From: an uncultured Hydrogenophaga sp.
GTDB taxonomy: Bacteria; Pseudomonadota; Gammaproteobacteria; Burkholderiales; Burkholderiaceae_C
NCBI GenBank assembly: GCA_964396895.1
Contig: CAYNGJ010000015.1
Location: forward strand, 33,831 to 97,830
Direction of reading: 5' to 3'
Length of the DNA: 64,000 nucleotides
A program made the translations under genes and the position numbers. Below, in pieces: positions 1 through 9,453 of this stretch. The notes under the pieces are model-generated. The model saw nothing but the letters and a program-made list of their open reading frames with translations. It searched no databases and had not been told where the DNA came from. How positions within the stretch are numbered: the first letter of the stretch is position 1; the number at the start of each line of letters is the position of its first letter.

Positions 1-1405
1 CCTGGGCGATGCCGGTGGATTGCTCCCGGGATGCCAGTTCGATGCTGGACACCGACACATCGACCTTCTGGATGGCCTCCACCGCCAGCATCACGGCATC
101 GCCTGCCTTTTGCACCACTGCGTTGCCCGCGTCCAGTTTGTTTGCGTTGTCGGTGATGATGGTTTTGATTTCTTGCGCGGCGGCTGCCGAGCGCTGCGCC
201 AGGGCGCGCACCTCTGCCGCGACCACGGCAAAGCCCCGACCTTGGTCGCCCGCACGGGCCGCCTCAACGGCGGCATTCAGCGCCAGGATGTTGGTTTGAA
301 AGGCGATGGAATCGATCACGCCAACGATGTCCGTGATGCGCTGCGACGAGGCGTGAATGCCATGCATGGTGTCCACCACGCTGCCCACCAGTTGGCCCAC
401 TTTCTGCGCCGATTGGGTGGCGCTGGCCGCCAGCTGGCTGACCACCAGCGTGGTCTGGGCGTTTTGCTGCACGGCACCGGTCATTTGCTCCATGGACGAG
501 GCGGTCTGCTGCAACGAGCTGGCCTGCGATTCGGTGCGTTCGCTCAGGTCGGCATTGGCCGACGCGATTTGACTCGATGCTGCAGACACAGCCATGGCGC
601 TTTCCTGTATGCGCCCGAGCACATCGCACAACGCGTCTTTCATGCGTTGAATGGCGCGCAGCATCACCGCCAATTCGTGCTGACCAGTTGACTCGAACTG
701 AACCGTCAGGTTGCCATTGGCCACCTCTTCAGCCACACGCATGGCGGTGTGTATGGGACGCATGATGGAACGCATCAACAGCACCGACACCGCAAGCGCC
801 ATGACCAGGCTCACCACACCCAACCCCACGAGTTGCGTGTTTTGACCGCGCAGGGTCGTTTCAACCGAATCGCTGCGCAGATTGGCCGCCTTTTGCTGGT
901 TGGCCAGCAGCTGGTTGATGGGGGTGCGCAAAGCATCGAGTGCGGGCAACACCTCCAGGTTCAGCATGAAGGTGGCATCTTCATCCTGCCCCGTGCGCAG
1001 CAGCTCGCTGGCAGCGGTGAACGTTTTCACGAATTCAGTGCGCTTGGCCAAGAGTTCGTTGAACAACGCCCGGTCTTCGTCGGTGTGGATCAGTGTGCCC
1101 AACTCGTCAAACATCCCATTCAAGCGTTGGCGCGTGTCGGCCAACCGGGTGCGCACGGCATCGCGTTTGTTGTCGTTGACCACAAACAACTCCAAGGTGT
1201 TGCGGCTGTTGTCTTTGGTTGCGCTGTCAATGGCGGATATCAACTGGAGTTGTTTGAACTCTTTTTGAACCAGGTCGTCCACACTGGACAAGGTGGCGCG
1301 GTTGCTCAACACACCGGTCACAACCACGATGAGCATCAAGCCCAGCATCAACATGAACGACCCGGTCAGGCGCGTTCGGATGGAGAGGTTTTCAAGCAAG
1401 CCCAT
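1..1405 (-). CDS. methyl-accepting chemotaxis protein (N-terminal approx. 468 codons; C-terminus runs off the window)
   Basis: My own minus-strand translation starts at ATG 1405, with RBS AGGAG at 1411-1415 (complement): MGLLENLS... In the same frame, 241-298 encodes [20 protein letters not shown], the MCP signalling-domain core. It is absent from the ORF track because there is no stop in the window. The + strand ORFs listed here are antisense artefacts. Confidence 0.85.
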   Translation of the reverse strand, partial: MGLLENLSIRTRLTGSFMLMLGLMLIVVVTGVLSNRATLSSVDDLVQKEFKQLQLISAIDSATKDNSRNTLELFVVNDNKRDAVRTRLADTRQRLNGMFDELGTLIHTDEDRALFNELLAKRTEFVKTFTAASELLRTGQDEDATFMLNLEVLPALDALRTPINQLLANQQKAANLRSDSVETTLRGQNTQLVGLGVVSLVMALAVSVLLMRSIMRPIHTAMRVAEEVANGNLTVQFESTGQHELAVMLRAIQRMKDALCDVLGRIQESAMAVSAASSQIASANADLSERTESQASSLQQTASSMEQMTGAVQQNAQTTLVVSQLAASATQSAQKVGQLVGSVVDTMHGIHASSQRITDIVGVIDSIAFQTNILALNAAVEAARAGDQGRGFAVVAAEVRALAQRSAAAAQEIKTIITDNANKLDAGNAVVQKAGDAVMLAVEAIQKVDVSVSSIELASREQSTGIAQ

Positions 1406-1599
1406 GTCAACTCCTGAAGTAGAGGCCGCATTGCACCCGCATTCTGTGACGACTAAGTGAAAACCCTGATTCCCTCCTGAGTTGGCCGGAGCGCTGCCGC
1501 GAGCAGGCGGTTAAAAAATCTCCCACTACCGCCGAAGGTTGCCGCTACGATCTGAGGCCCGTCAGACGAAGACGATGAGCGGCAACCAAGACTTCCAGA

Positions 1600-2538
1600 G
1601 TGCAATGTTCGGCTACATGCAAGGTGCCGAACGCGATCAACCCCATGCAATCCGCCTACGCTCCATTGCCACCTGAGACAGAGCACCTTGCACCCGGTAG
1701 TCTGTGGGTGTGCTTGCCCAACGAGCCCTACGTGGTGCCCGCCACGCTGTCCCCCTTGTTGCTGTATGTGCTGACGGGTGATTTGGTAGTGGAAGATGCC
1801 TCTGTGGTGAGCGCTCAGCCTGCGCCGCACAGGCAATTGCCACGCTTCAGCGTGTGTGGTGGAACCCGTGGCGTGCGCCGTCTCCAGGCCGCTCCGGGGA
1901 CACAGGTGCTGCTGACGCCCGTGCAAACTGGTCAGTGCTTTTCGCTGCTGGGGTTGTACGCTGGCGAGCTGTTCGATCGGTTGGTGGATGCCGCTGACTT
2001 GCTCCCCGCAGCCACGCTCACGCGCTTGCATGAACAGATGGATGCGGCGCAGTGGTCGGCATGCGCTGCCATGCCAGGGGGGGGCGCGGCCCTGGGTGTG
2101 TGGCACCGTTTTTTGTGTGCGTTGCATCGCATGAACCACTTTAGACACCCTTCGGACAAGGGGCTTGTCCTTCCACTCGGTTGCCTCGACACACCCATAT
2201 CCGAGCTGGCGCAGCGCTGGAGCCTGAGCGTGCGGCAGTTTGAACGCCGCTTCTTCTGTACCCACGGGCAAAGCTTGCGAGCTTACCGCCAGCAATCGCG
2301 CTGCAGCCGTATGCTCACGCAGCTGGCGGGGGCATTGGGCCAACCCCATTCATGGGCCGATACCGCAGCCGGGGCGGGTTACGCCGACCAGGCACATCTC
2401 AGTCGCGACGTCTTGCGCTTCACGGGTCACACCCCGGCGGCGTTGCTGGCTGGGGTGCGCGAGCAAGACCCGGCGCTGTGGCCATTTCACTTGTCGCCCC
2501 AGGTGATGCCGCGCTGGTTCGGCCCGCACGGGTACTGA
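1600..2538 (+). CDS. AraC family transcriptional regulator
   Basis: The C-terminal AraC-type HTH pair is present (ISELAQRWSLSVRQFERRFFCTHGQSLRAYRQQSR ... AGYADQAHLSRDVLRFTGHTPAALL). The start is uncertain; an internal Met at about 1645 is possible. Confidence 0.75.
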   Translation: MQCSATCKVPNAINPMQSAYAPLPPETEHLAPGSLWVCLPNEPYVVPATLSPLLLYVLTGDLVVEDASVVSAQPAPHRQLPRFSVCGGTRGVRRLQAAPGTQVLLTPVQTGQCFSLLGLYAGELFDRLVDAADLLPAATLTRLHEQMDAAQWSACAAMPGGGAALGVWHRFLCALHRMNHFRHPSDKGLVLPLGCLDTPISELAQRWSLSVRQFERRFFCTHGQSLRAYRQQSRCSRMLTQLAGALGQPHSWADTAAGAGYADQAHLSRDVLRFTGHTPAALLAGVREQDPALWPFHLSPQVMPRWFGPHGY

Positions 2539-2663
2539 CCTGCCCTGGCACGGCCCACCATAGGGCTCGTGTCGTTTCGGTTCAAGACACTCGGTGGGTC
2601 TGGGCCTACAGTGGGCCAACAACCAGTGTCCCCCGACACCACAGACAGCCCACGCCCCAAGCC

Positions 2664-3242
2664 ATGCCCAAAACTGCCCCACAAACCACCCCAAACACCA
2701 CCACGGCCACCGTTGCACCAGTCTTCCCATGGCCGCAAGCGGCTGACTACGCGTTTCGCGATGAACACCGCGCGCCGTTGCCCCCCGATTGCGGCCCGCT
2801 TGATGGCAGCGACATGCTGCTCGCCTTTGCAGGCTCGGCCCCCGCCTGGGTCGATGCCCTCATGGCGGCGCGCAACCAGGTGGTGGGCCGCCTGGGCCTG
2901 AAAACCGGCCCCATGCCCGCCGTCCTTCAAGGGCCTTTGCAGGTGGGCCAGTACCTGGGCATGTTCCAGGTGCGGCACCTGGGGCCTGACCTGGCACTGA
3001 TGGGCGAGGACGACAGTCACCTGGACTTTCGCATCTTTGTGCGGGTAGACCGCGCCACCGCACCTGCGGGCGAGGTGGCCGAACTGGTGGTCAGCACCTG
3101 GGTGCGGCCCCACAACTGGGCCGGCCGGACTTACCTGGCCGTGGTCTGGCCGTTCCACTGGCTCATCTCCAAGGTCATGGTCAGGCGATTGGCAGGGTTG
3201 TTGGGCACGTCCACCCCGCACAGGCCTACCACGCAGCCGTGA
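2664..3242 (+). CDS. DUF2867-like domain protein
   Basis: The protein-like part of ORF 2352..3242 begins at ATG 2664 (MPKTAPQ...). The family call rests on my recollection of DUF2867-type sequence (..LMGEDDSHLDFRIFVRV..WVRPHNWAGRTYLAVVWPFHWLI). Its stop overlaps the amidase GTG start by 4 nt. Confidence 0.5.
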   Translation: MPKTAPQTTPNTTTATVAPVFPWPQAADYAFRDEHRAPLPPDCGPLDGSDMLLAFAGSAPAWVDALMAARNQVVGRLGLKTGPMPAVLQGPLQVGQYLGMFQVRHLGPDLALMGEDDSHLDFRIFVRVDRATAPAGEVAELVVSTWVRPHNWAGRTYLAVVWPFHWLISKVMVRRLAGLLGTSTPHRPTTQP

Positions 3243-4933
3243 CGACCGGGCTGCACACCACCGGACCAGCAGGTTTGCTGACCGCCTGGCAGGCGTTGCA
3301 CGCGCTGAACACGGGCACCGTGACCGCCACAGACCTGGTGCGCCAATGCCATGCCCGCATCGATACCATCAACCCCGTGGTGCGCGCCGTGGTCACCGAA
3401 GACCGTTCTGCCGCGCTGGCAGCAGCAGCCGTGCAAGACGCGCTGCGCCAGGAGGCAGCCCACTCGAACGCCCCCCACGCCCGCAGGCCGCCGGTTGCGC
3501 TGGCGGGGCTGCCCATCACCATCAAAGACAGTTTTGCCACCCAGGGCTTGCGCACCACCAGCAGTTTTGCACCACTGGCGCAGCATGTGCCCACGGCTGA
3601 CGCAACCGCCGTGGCCAGGTTGCGTGCGGCAGGTGCCGTCGTCCTGGGCAAAACCAACCTGCCCGAACTGGCGGGCGACGTGCAATGCTGGAGCCCCCTG
3701 TTCGGACCCACACACAACCCCTGGCAGCTGAGCCACACACCCGGTGGCAGCTCGGGAGGCAGCGCTGCCGCCGTGGCCACAGGCCTGTCTTTCATGGACC
3801 TGGGCAGTGACCTGGCGGGCTCCATCCGCATACCCGCCGCGTACTGTGGCGTGGCCGGCCTGAAGACCACAGAGGGCCGCTTGCCCATCGCCGGGCACAT
3901 CCCGCCGCTGCCTGGCGCGCCACGCACCGTCTGGCACATGCTGTCGCTGGGGGTGCTGGCCCGCTGCGTGGCCGACCTGGCACTGGGTTTTGACGCGCTG
4001 GCCACACCCGACACCCCACCGGCAGCACCCGCCCCACTTGGCCGCCCCCTGCGCGTGGCGTGGTGGGACGACTTTGGTGGCCTGCCGCTGTGCCCCCGCA
4101 CCCGCGCGGCCCTGGATGCCACGGTGCGCACCCTCACCCAGGCAGGTGCAACGGTGCAGCGCGTGTGCCCCGCAACCTTCGACGTGCCCACCGCATGGGC
4201 TGCCTTTGGCCACGTGGCGGGTGCCGAAATCGGGCTGGGGCTGCCCGCCATGGCACGCCAGGCGGCGGCCATGGCGGGCAAACTGCTGGGGCCCCTCATG
4301 TCGACCCATGACATGCCGCTGACCCGTGCCATCGCACAAGGCATGGCGCTGGACATGCGGCGATACAACCACGGGCTGAACCAACGTGCCCGGCTGATGG
4401 CCGCGCTCGACAGTTTTTTGACCGAATGGGATGTTTGGCTGTGCCCGGTGGCCGCCACCACGGCCTACCCGGCACGCCCGCCTGGCCGGTGGCCCGCCTC
4501 GCCCTGGCTGAGCGTGGGGCAGCACCGGGTCCCCCGCCTGGAGGCCACGCTGGGCATGACCGTGCCGTTTTCCCTCACGGGTCACCCTGTGGTCAGCTTG
4601 CCTGCTGGGGTGTACGACGGCTTGCCGGTGGGCTTGCAGGTGGTGGGTGCGCGCTGGGCAGAACGCCGCTTGCTGGAGGATGCCATCCTGCTTGAGCGGT
4701 GGTTGGCGCACAGAGGTTCATCCGATAGAATGGTGCAGCGCAGCAAAATGTCATCTCCATCCACACGGGATGCACATCAAACCGATCAGCAGCACACCTG
4801 GAAGACCAGTGAACACCACCGTTACCCACGGGCAGTTGAATACCTTCACGCTGGTGGAGCTGCTGCAGCAACACCGGGGGATGTGTTCGGCCTCGTTGGC
4901 AGGGGAGTCGTCTTTCTCCGACCGCATCCGTGA
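3239..4933 (+). CDS. amidase-signature family amidase with a non-conserved approx. 70-aa C-terminal extension
   Basis: It has the GGSSGGSAAAVA motif, the LGSDLAGSIRIPAAYCG motif and KDSF..G. The recognisable amidase ends near LLERWL (about 4711). The frame then stays open to 4933 and overlaps the next gene. Confidence 0.8.
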   Translation: MTTGLHTTGPAGLLTAWQALHALNTGTVTATDLVRQCHARIDTINPVVRAVVTEDRSAALAAAAVQDALRQEAAHSNAPHARRPPVALAGLPITIKDSFATQGLRTTSSFAPLAQHVPTADATAVARLRAAGAVVLGKTNLPELAGDVQCWSPLFGPTHNPWQLSHTPGGSSGGSAAAVATGLSFMDLGSDLAGSIRIPAAYCGVAGLKTTEGRLPIAGHIPPLPGAPRTVWHMLSLGVLARCVADLALGFDALATPDTPPAAPAPLGRPLRVAWWDDFGGLPLCPRTRAALDATVRTLTQAGATVQRVCPATFDVPTAWAAFGHVAGAEIGLGLPAMARQAAAMAGKLLGPLMSTHDMPLTRAIAQGMALDMRRYNHGLNQRARLMAALDSFLTEWDVWLCPVAATTAYPARPPGRWPASPWLSVGQHRVPRLEATLGMTVPFSLTGHPVVSLPAGVYDGLPVGLQVVGARWAERRLLEDAILLERWLAHRGSSDRMVQRSKMSSPSTRDAHQTDQQHTWKTSEHHRYPRAVEYLHAGGAAAATPGDVFGLVGRGVVFLRPHP

Positions 4934-5552
4934 CCGTGCTGCCGAGATCGACCGGTTGCTGCCCTGGCTGAGTCCCCCCACTGGGCGGGGCGCGTTGCCG
5001 GTTGATGACCTCATCGGCCGCTGGCAAACCCTGGCCCAGCCTGGAGAGACCGACACCAGCGTCTCCAACTTTGCCCGACATACCGCGTTCATTGCCCGCT
5101 TGTTGCACCACTTGCGCACGGCGGGGGCCGATACGCCCAGGCCAGGCCTGGCACCTGAAGCCAGGTTTTTGTGGGGCAACGTGTGGCTGAGGCTGCCGGT
5201 GCTGACGGAGTTGCTGGGCCAGTTGCGTGGACTGGGAACCACGGCCATGGCCGCTCACCACTTTGATCCCAGCACCCGTGTGCGCCTGATGTTCCTGCTG
5301 GCACGTGCAGAAAGCCTGTTCGGCCAAGCCAGCCAACCGGGCTTGCGACGACACCAGCCCCGTGGTGCGGCGCTGTCGTTGAGCCAATTGGGCTGGACCG
5401 TACGCACCCGTTTGCTGTCGGGCGAGAAAACGCACCTGAGCGCCCAGCACTTTTTCGAGCAAGGCAGTGCGGCGATTCGCCCCGTGTTCGCCTGGATCAG
5501 AGACATCGGCGCCAGCCTGAACGAGGAGTACCCGGATGACCCAATGGGCTGA
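4770..5552 (+). CDS. stand-alone NIT-like (nitrate/nitrite-sensing type) domain protein
   Basis: Starts at ATG 4770 (MHIKPIS...). LVELLQQHRGMCSASLAGESSFSDRIRDRAAEIDRLL resembles the N-terminal NIT signature (Q-x-E/H-R-G). No TM segment is visible. Its 3' end overlaps the start of the GGDEF-EAL gene by 17 nt. Confidence 0.5.
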   Translation: MHIKPISSTPGRPVNTTVTHGQLNTFTLVELLQQHRGMCSASLAGESSFSDRIRDRAAEIDRLLPWLSPPTGRGALPVDDLIGRWQTLAQPGETDTSVSNFARHTAFIARLLHHLRTAGADTPRPGLAPEARFLWGNVWLRLPVLTELLGQLRGLGTTAMAAHHFDPSTRVRLMFLLARAESLFGQASQPGLRRHQPRGAALSLSQLGWTVRTRLLSGEKTHLSAQHFFEQGSAAIRPVFAWIRDIGASLNEEYPDDPMG

Positions 5553-7635
5553 TTCCACCCTGACCATGGCGGTGCTGGAGCACTGCCTGGACGGCATGCT
5601 CTGCCAATGCTCGGCAGACCTGGACAGGGTGATTCAAATCACCAACAGTGGCTGCTACCCCATGACGGGTTACGCCGAAGCCGAGCTGACGGGTTCCCGC
5701 GCCTTCACGCTGATGACATTGACGCACCCCGAGGACCGGTCCATGGTGCGCGCACAACTGGCCGCGGCGCTGGAGTTTGGTGCACCGTACCGTTTGGAGT
5801 ACCGGTTGCTCAGCGCCGATGGCCTTGAAAAATGGGTCATCGAGCGGGGCATTTGCCCGCTCGATGGGGGCGATGGAAACGAACGGCAGTTTCATGTGTT
5901 TCTGGAAGACATCATGGCGCGTGTGGACAGCCAGAACCGCCGCGTGGAAACAGAAATCCGCTACCGCAGCATTTTTGAAAATTCGGTGGTGGGGGTGTTC
6001 CAGAGCGCCGACGATGGCCGGTATTTGGCGGTCAACCAAGCGCTGGCCGATCTTTACGGCTTTGCCACACCCGTCGAGCTGATGGCCGGGATCGCCGACA
6101 TCGCGCACGGCCTGTACGTTGACCCTGGGCGGCGCAACGAGTTCAGGCAACTCATTCGCGCCCACGGTCGCGTGGTGGATTTCGAGTCAGAAGTCCGCTG
6201 CGCCAATGGCGAAACCATTTGGATTTCGGAGAACGCCTGGGCGGTGCTCGACCCGCAAGGTCAGCTCCGCTACTACGAAGGCATGGTGAGTGACGTGACG
6301 GAGCGCCGCGGCCACCAGGCCATGCTGCAGTTCCAGGCCACTCACGACCCCCTCACGGGCTTGCCCAACCGCAACCAATTGCCCCAGCGGCTGTCCCGGG
6401 CGTGCGGGGCACCGGTGGCGCTGGCGTTTCTCGACATCGACAACTTCAAGGTCATCAACGACAGCCTGGGGCATGCGCGCGGCGATGAATTGCTGGTTTG
6501 TGTGGCCAAGCGCCTGCAGGATGCGCTGCGACGAACGGACACCGTCGCCCGCTACGGGGGTGACGAATTTGTACTGCTCTTTCAATATTCGGCATCGCAC
6601 GCCGAGGTCATCCAGACGTTGGAACGTGCCATGAGCGCCGTCCAGGCACCGTTGCAGCTGGGCGACCACGTGCTGCACATCAGCTGCAGCATGGGGGTGG
6701 CGCTGTACCCTGAAGACGCCACTGATCTGGCAGGCTTGCTGCGCATCGCCGACATCGCCATGTACGAAGCCAAAGCCCGGGGCAAGGGGTTGTACCGTTT
6801 TCACACCCAGGCCTTGAGCCATGCCGCGCAGGAGCGGTTCAGCTTGGAGGCATCACTGCGATCGGCTTTGGACGCTGGCGAAATCCGGGTGTACTTTCAA
6901 CCCAAGGTGGACATCCACGAACAGGTCTGCGGTTGCGAAGCGTTGGCGCGCTGGCACAGCGCAGTGCATGGGCTGGTGACGCCTGACCGCTTCATTCCCA
7001 TGGCAGAAGAAACCGGCCTGATCCTTCCCCTGGGCTGGCAAATTCTGCGCATGGCCTGCCAGGCGGCCGCCCGCTGGCCCACCTTGCACGGCAAGGCCTT
7101 GAGCGTGGCCGTCAACCTCTCGGCCCGACAGCTGTCGTCGCCTGTGCTGGTCCACGAGGTCAAGCAAGCGCTGGCGCTCAGTGGTTTACTGCCCACCCTG
7201 CTGGACTTGGAGATCACCGAAAGCATGTTGATGGACGATGTCGAGCGGACCATTGGCGTGCTGCACGAGCTGCGTGGGCTGGGGGTTCGCATCGCGGTGG
7301 ATGACTTTGGCACCGGGTATTCATCGCTCAGCTACCTGAAGCGTTTGCCCATTGATGTGCTCAAAATCGACCGATCCTTTGTGGACGGGTGCCAGGCGGG
7401 TGACGGGATGCTGGCCATTCCCAGCGCCATCATTTTTCTGGGCAAGGCGTTGAATCTGCGCATCGTGGCTGAAGGGGTGGAAATGCCCGAGCAACTGGAC
7501 CGGCTGCGCCAGAGCGGCTGCGACGAGTTTCAGGGTTACCACATTGCCCGGCCCATGGACCACGATGCGACCCTGCGCTTTCTGACCGGGCGAGACACGC
7601 GACAAGGGGTTTCCCTGGCGGCGTCGGGTGCTTGA
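5536..7635 (+). CDS. PAS-PAS-GGDEF-EAL c-di-GMP signalling protein
   Basis: It has an RYGGDEF motif, an EAL motif (CEALARW) and DDFGTGYSSLSYLKRLPIDVLKIDRSF. There are two PAS-like segments at the N-terminus. Confidence 0.93.
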   Translation: MTQWADSTLTMAVLEHCLDGMLCQCSADLDRVIQITNSGCYPMTGYAEAELTGSRAFTLMTLTHPEDRSMVRAQLAAALEFGAPYRLEYRLLSADGLEKWVIERGICPLDGGDGNERQFHVFLEDIMARVDSQNRRVETEIRYRSIFENSVVGVFQSADDGRYLAVNQALADLYGFATPVELMAGIADIAHGLYVDPGRRNEFRQLIRAHGRVVDFESEVRCANGETIWISENAWAVLDPQGQLRYYEGMVSDVTERRGHQAMLQFQATHDPLTGLPNRNQLPQRLSRACGAPVALAFLDIDNFKVINDSLGHARGDELLVCVAKRLQDALRRTDTVARYGGDEFVLLFQYSASHAEVIQTLERAMSAVQAPLQLGDHVLHISCSMGVALYPEDATDLAGLLRIADIAMYEAKARGKGLYRFHTQALSHAAQERFSLEASLRSALDAGEIRVYFQPKVDIHEQVCGCEALARWHSAVHGLVTPDRFIPMAEETGLILPLGWQILRMACQAAARWPTLHGKALSVAVNLSARQLSSPVLVHEVKQALALSGLLPTLLDLEITESMLMDDVERTIGVLHELRGLGVRIAVDDFGTGYSSLSYLKRLPIDVLKIDRSFVDGCQAGDGMLAIPSAIIFLGKALNLRIVAEGVEMPEQLDRLRQSGCDEFQGYHIARPMDHDATLRFLTGRDTRQGVSLAASGA

Positions 7636-7922
7636 CACGGGTCAGGCCGAACGGGGCCAGGTCATCCGGCGGGGGCACCGCGTGGGCCGCTGGGGGGGCA
7701 GCTGCTGCGTCGTGCAGCGCAGCCAGACAGCCCAGTGCTTCGACCGGCAGCGTGACCGAGCGGCGTTCCACGCAATGCCCGAAGCGCAAGTGCTCGTGCA
7801 AATGGGCCCGCTCAGGCAAGCGCTGCACCAGCGCCAGGATGTGCGGGCGGTCGCGTTGAAGCTTCATGCCCGTGGCCATGCAATCACCATGCCCGGGGTT
7901 CAGGCGGTCCCAGGCTGGTGAT

Positions 7923-7944
7923 GGGGAATATCCCCATTTTTTTT
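7923..7944 (+). terminator. weak hairpin plus T8 run (possible intrinsic terminator)
   Basis: The sequence is GGGGAATATCCCC followed by ATTTTTTTT. The stem is only 5 bp, so support is weak. Confidence 0.3.
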
Positions 7945-7948
7945 GAGT

Positions 7949-7990
7949 AAAAAATGCCTCTAGCGCTTTGCTGGCATTGATTCAGTGCTA
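7949..7990 (+). repeat. AT-rich dispersed repeat, copy R1a (left arm of an inverted doublet)
   Basis: AAAAAATGCCTCTAGCGCTTTGCTGGCATTGATTCAGTGCTA. It shares the A5-GCCTCY-AGCGCTT ... AGCTA layout with the other copies. Confidence 0.85.
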
Positions 7991-8006
7991 TATATATTAA
8001 TATTTG

Positions 8007-8048
8007 TAGCTGACTGTTGTTATGCATAAAGCGCTGGATAGTGTTTTT
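8007..8048 (-). repeat. AT-rich dispersed repeat, copy R1b (right arm of an inverted doublet)
   Basis: The reverse complement reads AAAAACACTATCCAGCGCTTTATGCATAACAACAGTCAGCTA. It lies tail-to-tail with R1a across a 16-nt AT spacer. Confidence 0.85.
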
Positions 8049-8517
8049 ATGCTGATTTTCCGGGCTGAGGTGTGCTCGCCCCCATCGCCCCCCCGTAGCA
8101 CTTTTTGTACTTCTTGCCGCTGCTGCAGCGGCACGGGTCGTTGCGGCCCGGCATGGCAGGCTGGTAGGAGACGTCGTCGTCCAGCGTCGTCACGGGGGTG
8201 TCCAGCGCGTGCCTCACGGCGTGCCAGCGGTGTTCCCGTCGTGGGCCGGTGTTGGCCGGGACACATCCACATCCTGCTCGAAGAGCGGGAGCGGCCGTTT
8301 GAAGTGGCTGACGCCGCGCTGTGCGCCCCACCACCAGTGGGTGCGCGCACGCCCGGTGGTGCAACGCGTGTGGCGTGAAGAAGGCCACCGATGACCCTGA
8401 CACACACCGTGAACATGACCGACCGCTTGCCCGACATCCTGACCCACAACCGTGTGCTCCTGCCTCACTCTGACCAACCGGGCAAGTGTGGCGCCAACAC
8501 AGGCCGGCTTGCCGCAC
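8047..8517 (-). CDS. SEC-C motif-containing ORF (N-terminal extent doubtful; possibly decayed)
   Basis: The C-terminus NDPCRCSSGKKYKKCYGG is a SEC-C type zinc motif. The upstream two-thirds of the ORF is Arg/Cys/Gly-rich and does not look protein-like. The stop codon lies inside repeat R1b. Confidence 0.3.
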   Translation of the reverse strand: MRQAGLCWRHTCPVGQSEAGAHGCGSGCRASGRSCSRCVSGSSVAFFTPHALHHRACAHPLVVGRTARRQPLQTAAPALRAGCGCVPANTGPRREHRWHAVRHALDTPVTTLDDDVSYQPAMPGRNDPCRCSSGKKYKKCYGGAMGASTPQPGKSA

Positions 8518-8604
8518 GGCGACATCAGGGACACGGGCTGATCTGTCCGGTTGGCATCAGCGCGCCAGGGGGCATGGCATCAAAATGCGCCTTCCCTCAA
8601 CTGA

Positions 8605-9420
8605 ATGGACACCGCCATGGCGCAAGACCTTTTGGAGTCGTTTGAAAACGGGGTGGCCACACTCACCATGAACCGCCCGGCGGCGCTGAACGCGTTGTCT
8701 CGTCCCATGGTGGCGGCGATGGCGGAGGCCTTGCCCCGACTGGCCCTTGACCCGGCGGTGAGGGCCGTGGTGCTCACCGGCTCAGGCCGGGCGTTTTGCT
8801 CGGGCGGCGACGTGAAGGTATTTGCCCAGTCGGGCGGGCAGGGCAGTGGGGCGGGCATGGCGTTTGACCAACGGGTGGCCGATTTGCGCCAACGCATGGA
8901 GGTGGTGCGCTGGCTGCACGAAATGCCCAAGCCCACCCTGGCGGTGTTGCCCGGTCCAGCGGCGGGTGCGGGCTTGTCGCTGGCGCTGGCCTGTGACCTG
9001 CGCATGGCCTCCACCGACGCCAAGCTTTCCACAGGCTTTGCACGCATCGGGTTGTCGGGGGATTTTGGTGGCAGCTACTTCCTCACCCATTGGGTGGGGG
9101 CTGCGGTGGCGCGCGAGCTGTATTTCACCGGACGGGTGGTGTTGGGTGACGAGGCACTGCGCATGGGCTTGGTGCACCGCGCAGTGGCCGCAGAGCAGTT
9201 GCCACAACTGGCGGGACAGTGGGCACAGGAGCTGGCCGCCATGCCCACCATCGCCATTGGCTACATGAAGAAAAATCTGAACCTGGGCATGCGCGGCAGC
9301 CTGGCCGACGTGTTGGATGCCGAGGCCATCCACATGGTGCGCACCTTCGAAACGCAGGACCACAAAAACGCAGCGCAGGCCTTTGTGGCGAAACAGCGCC
9401 CCCAGTTCAGCGGCAGCTGA
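8605..9420 (+). CDS. enoyl-CoA hydratase/isomerase (crotonase) family protein
   Basis: Supporting motifs are VATLTMNRPAALNAL, VVLTGSGRAFCSGGDVK and PTLAVLPGPAAGAGLSLALACDLRMA. Confidence 0.9.
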   Translation: MDTAMAQDLLESFENGVATLTMNRPAALNALSRPMVAAMAEALPRLALDPAVRAVVLTGSGRAFCSGGDVKVFAQSGGQGSGAGMAFDQRVADLRQRMEVVRWLHEMPKPTLAVLPGPAAGAGLSLALACDLRMASTDAKLSTGFARIGLSGDFGGSYFLTHWVGAAVARELYFTGRVVLGDEALRMGLVHRAVAAEQLPQLAGQWAQELAAMPTIAIGYMKKNLNLGMRGSLADVLDAEAIHMVRTFETQDHKNAAQAFVAKQRPQFSGS

Positions 9421-9453
9421 GTCGTCCGGCCAGGACGGCGGCGGGGCCCATGC

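Noticed and set aside
3131-4711. A 526-aa minus-strand ORF (and 3226..4461) opposite the amidase.
   Set aside because: It is an antisense artefact with extreme Arg/Gly/His content, while the + strand carries the amidase signature.
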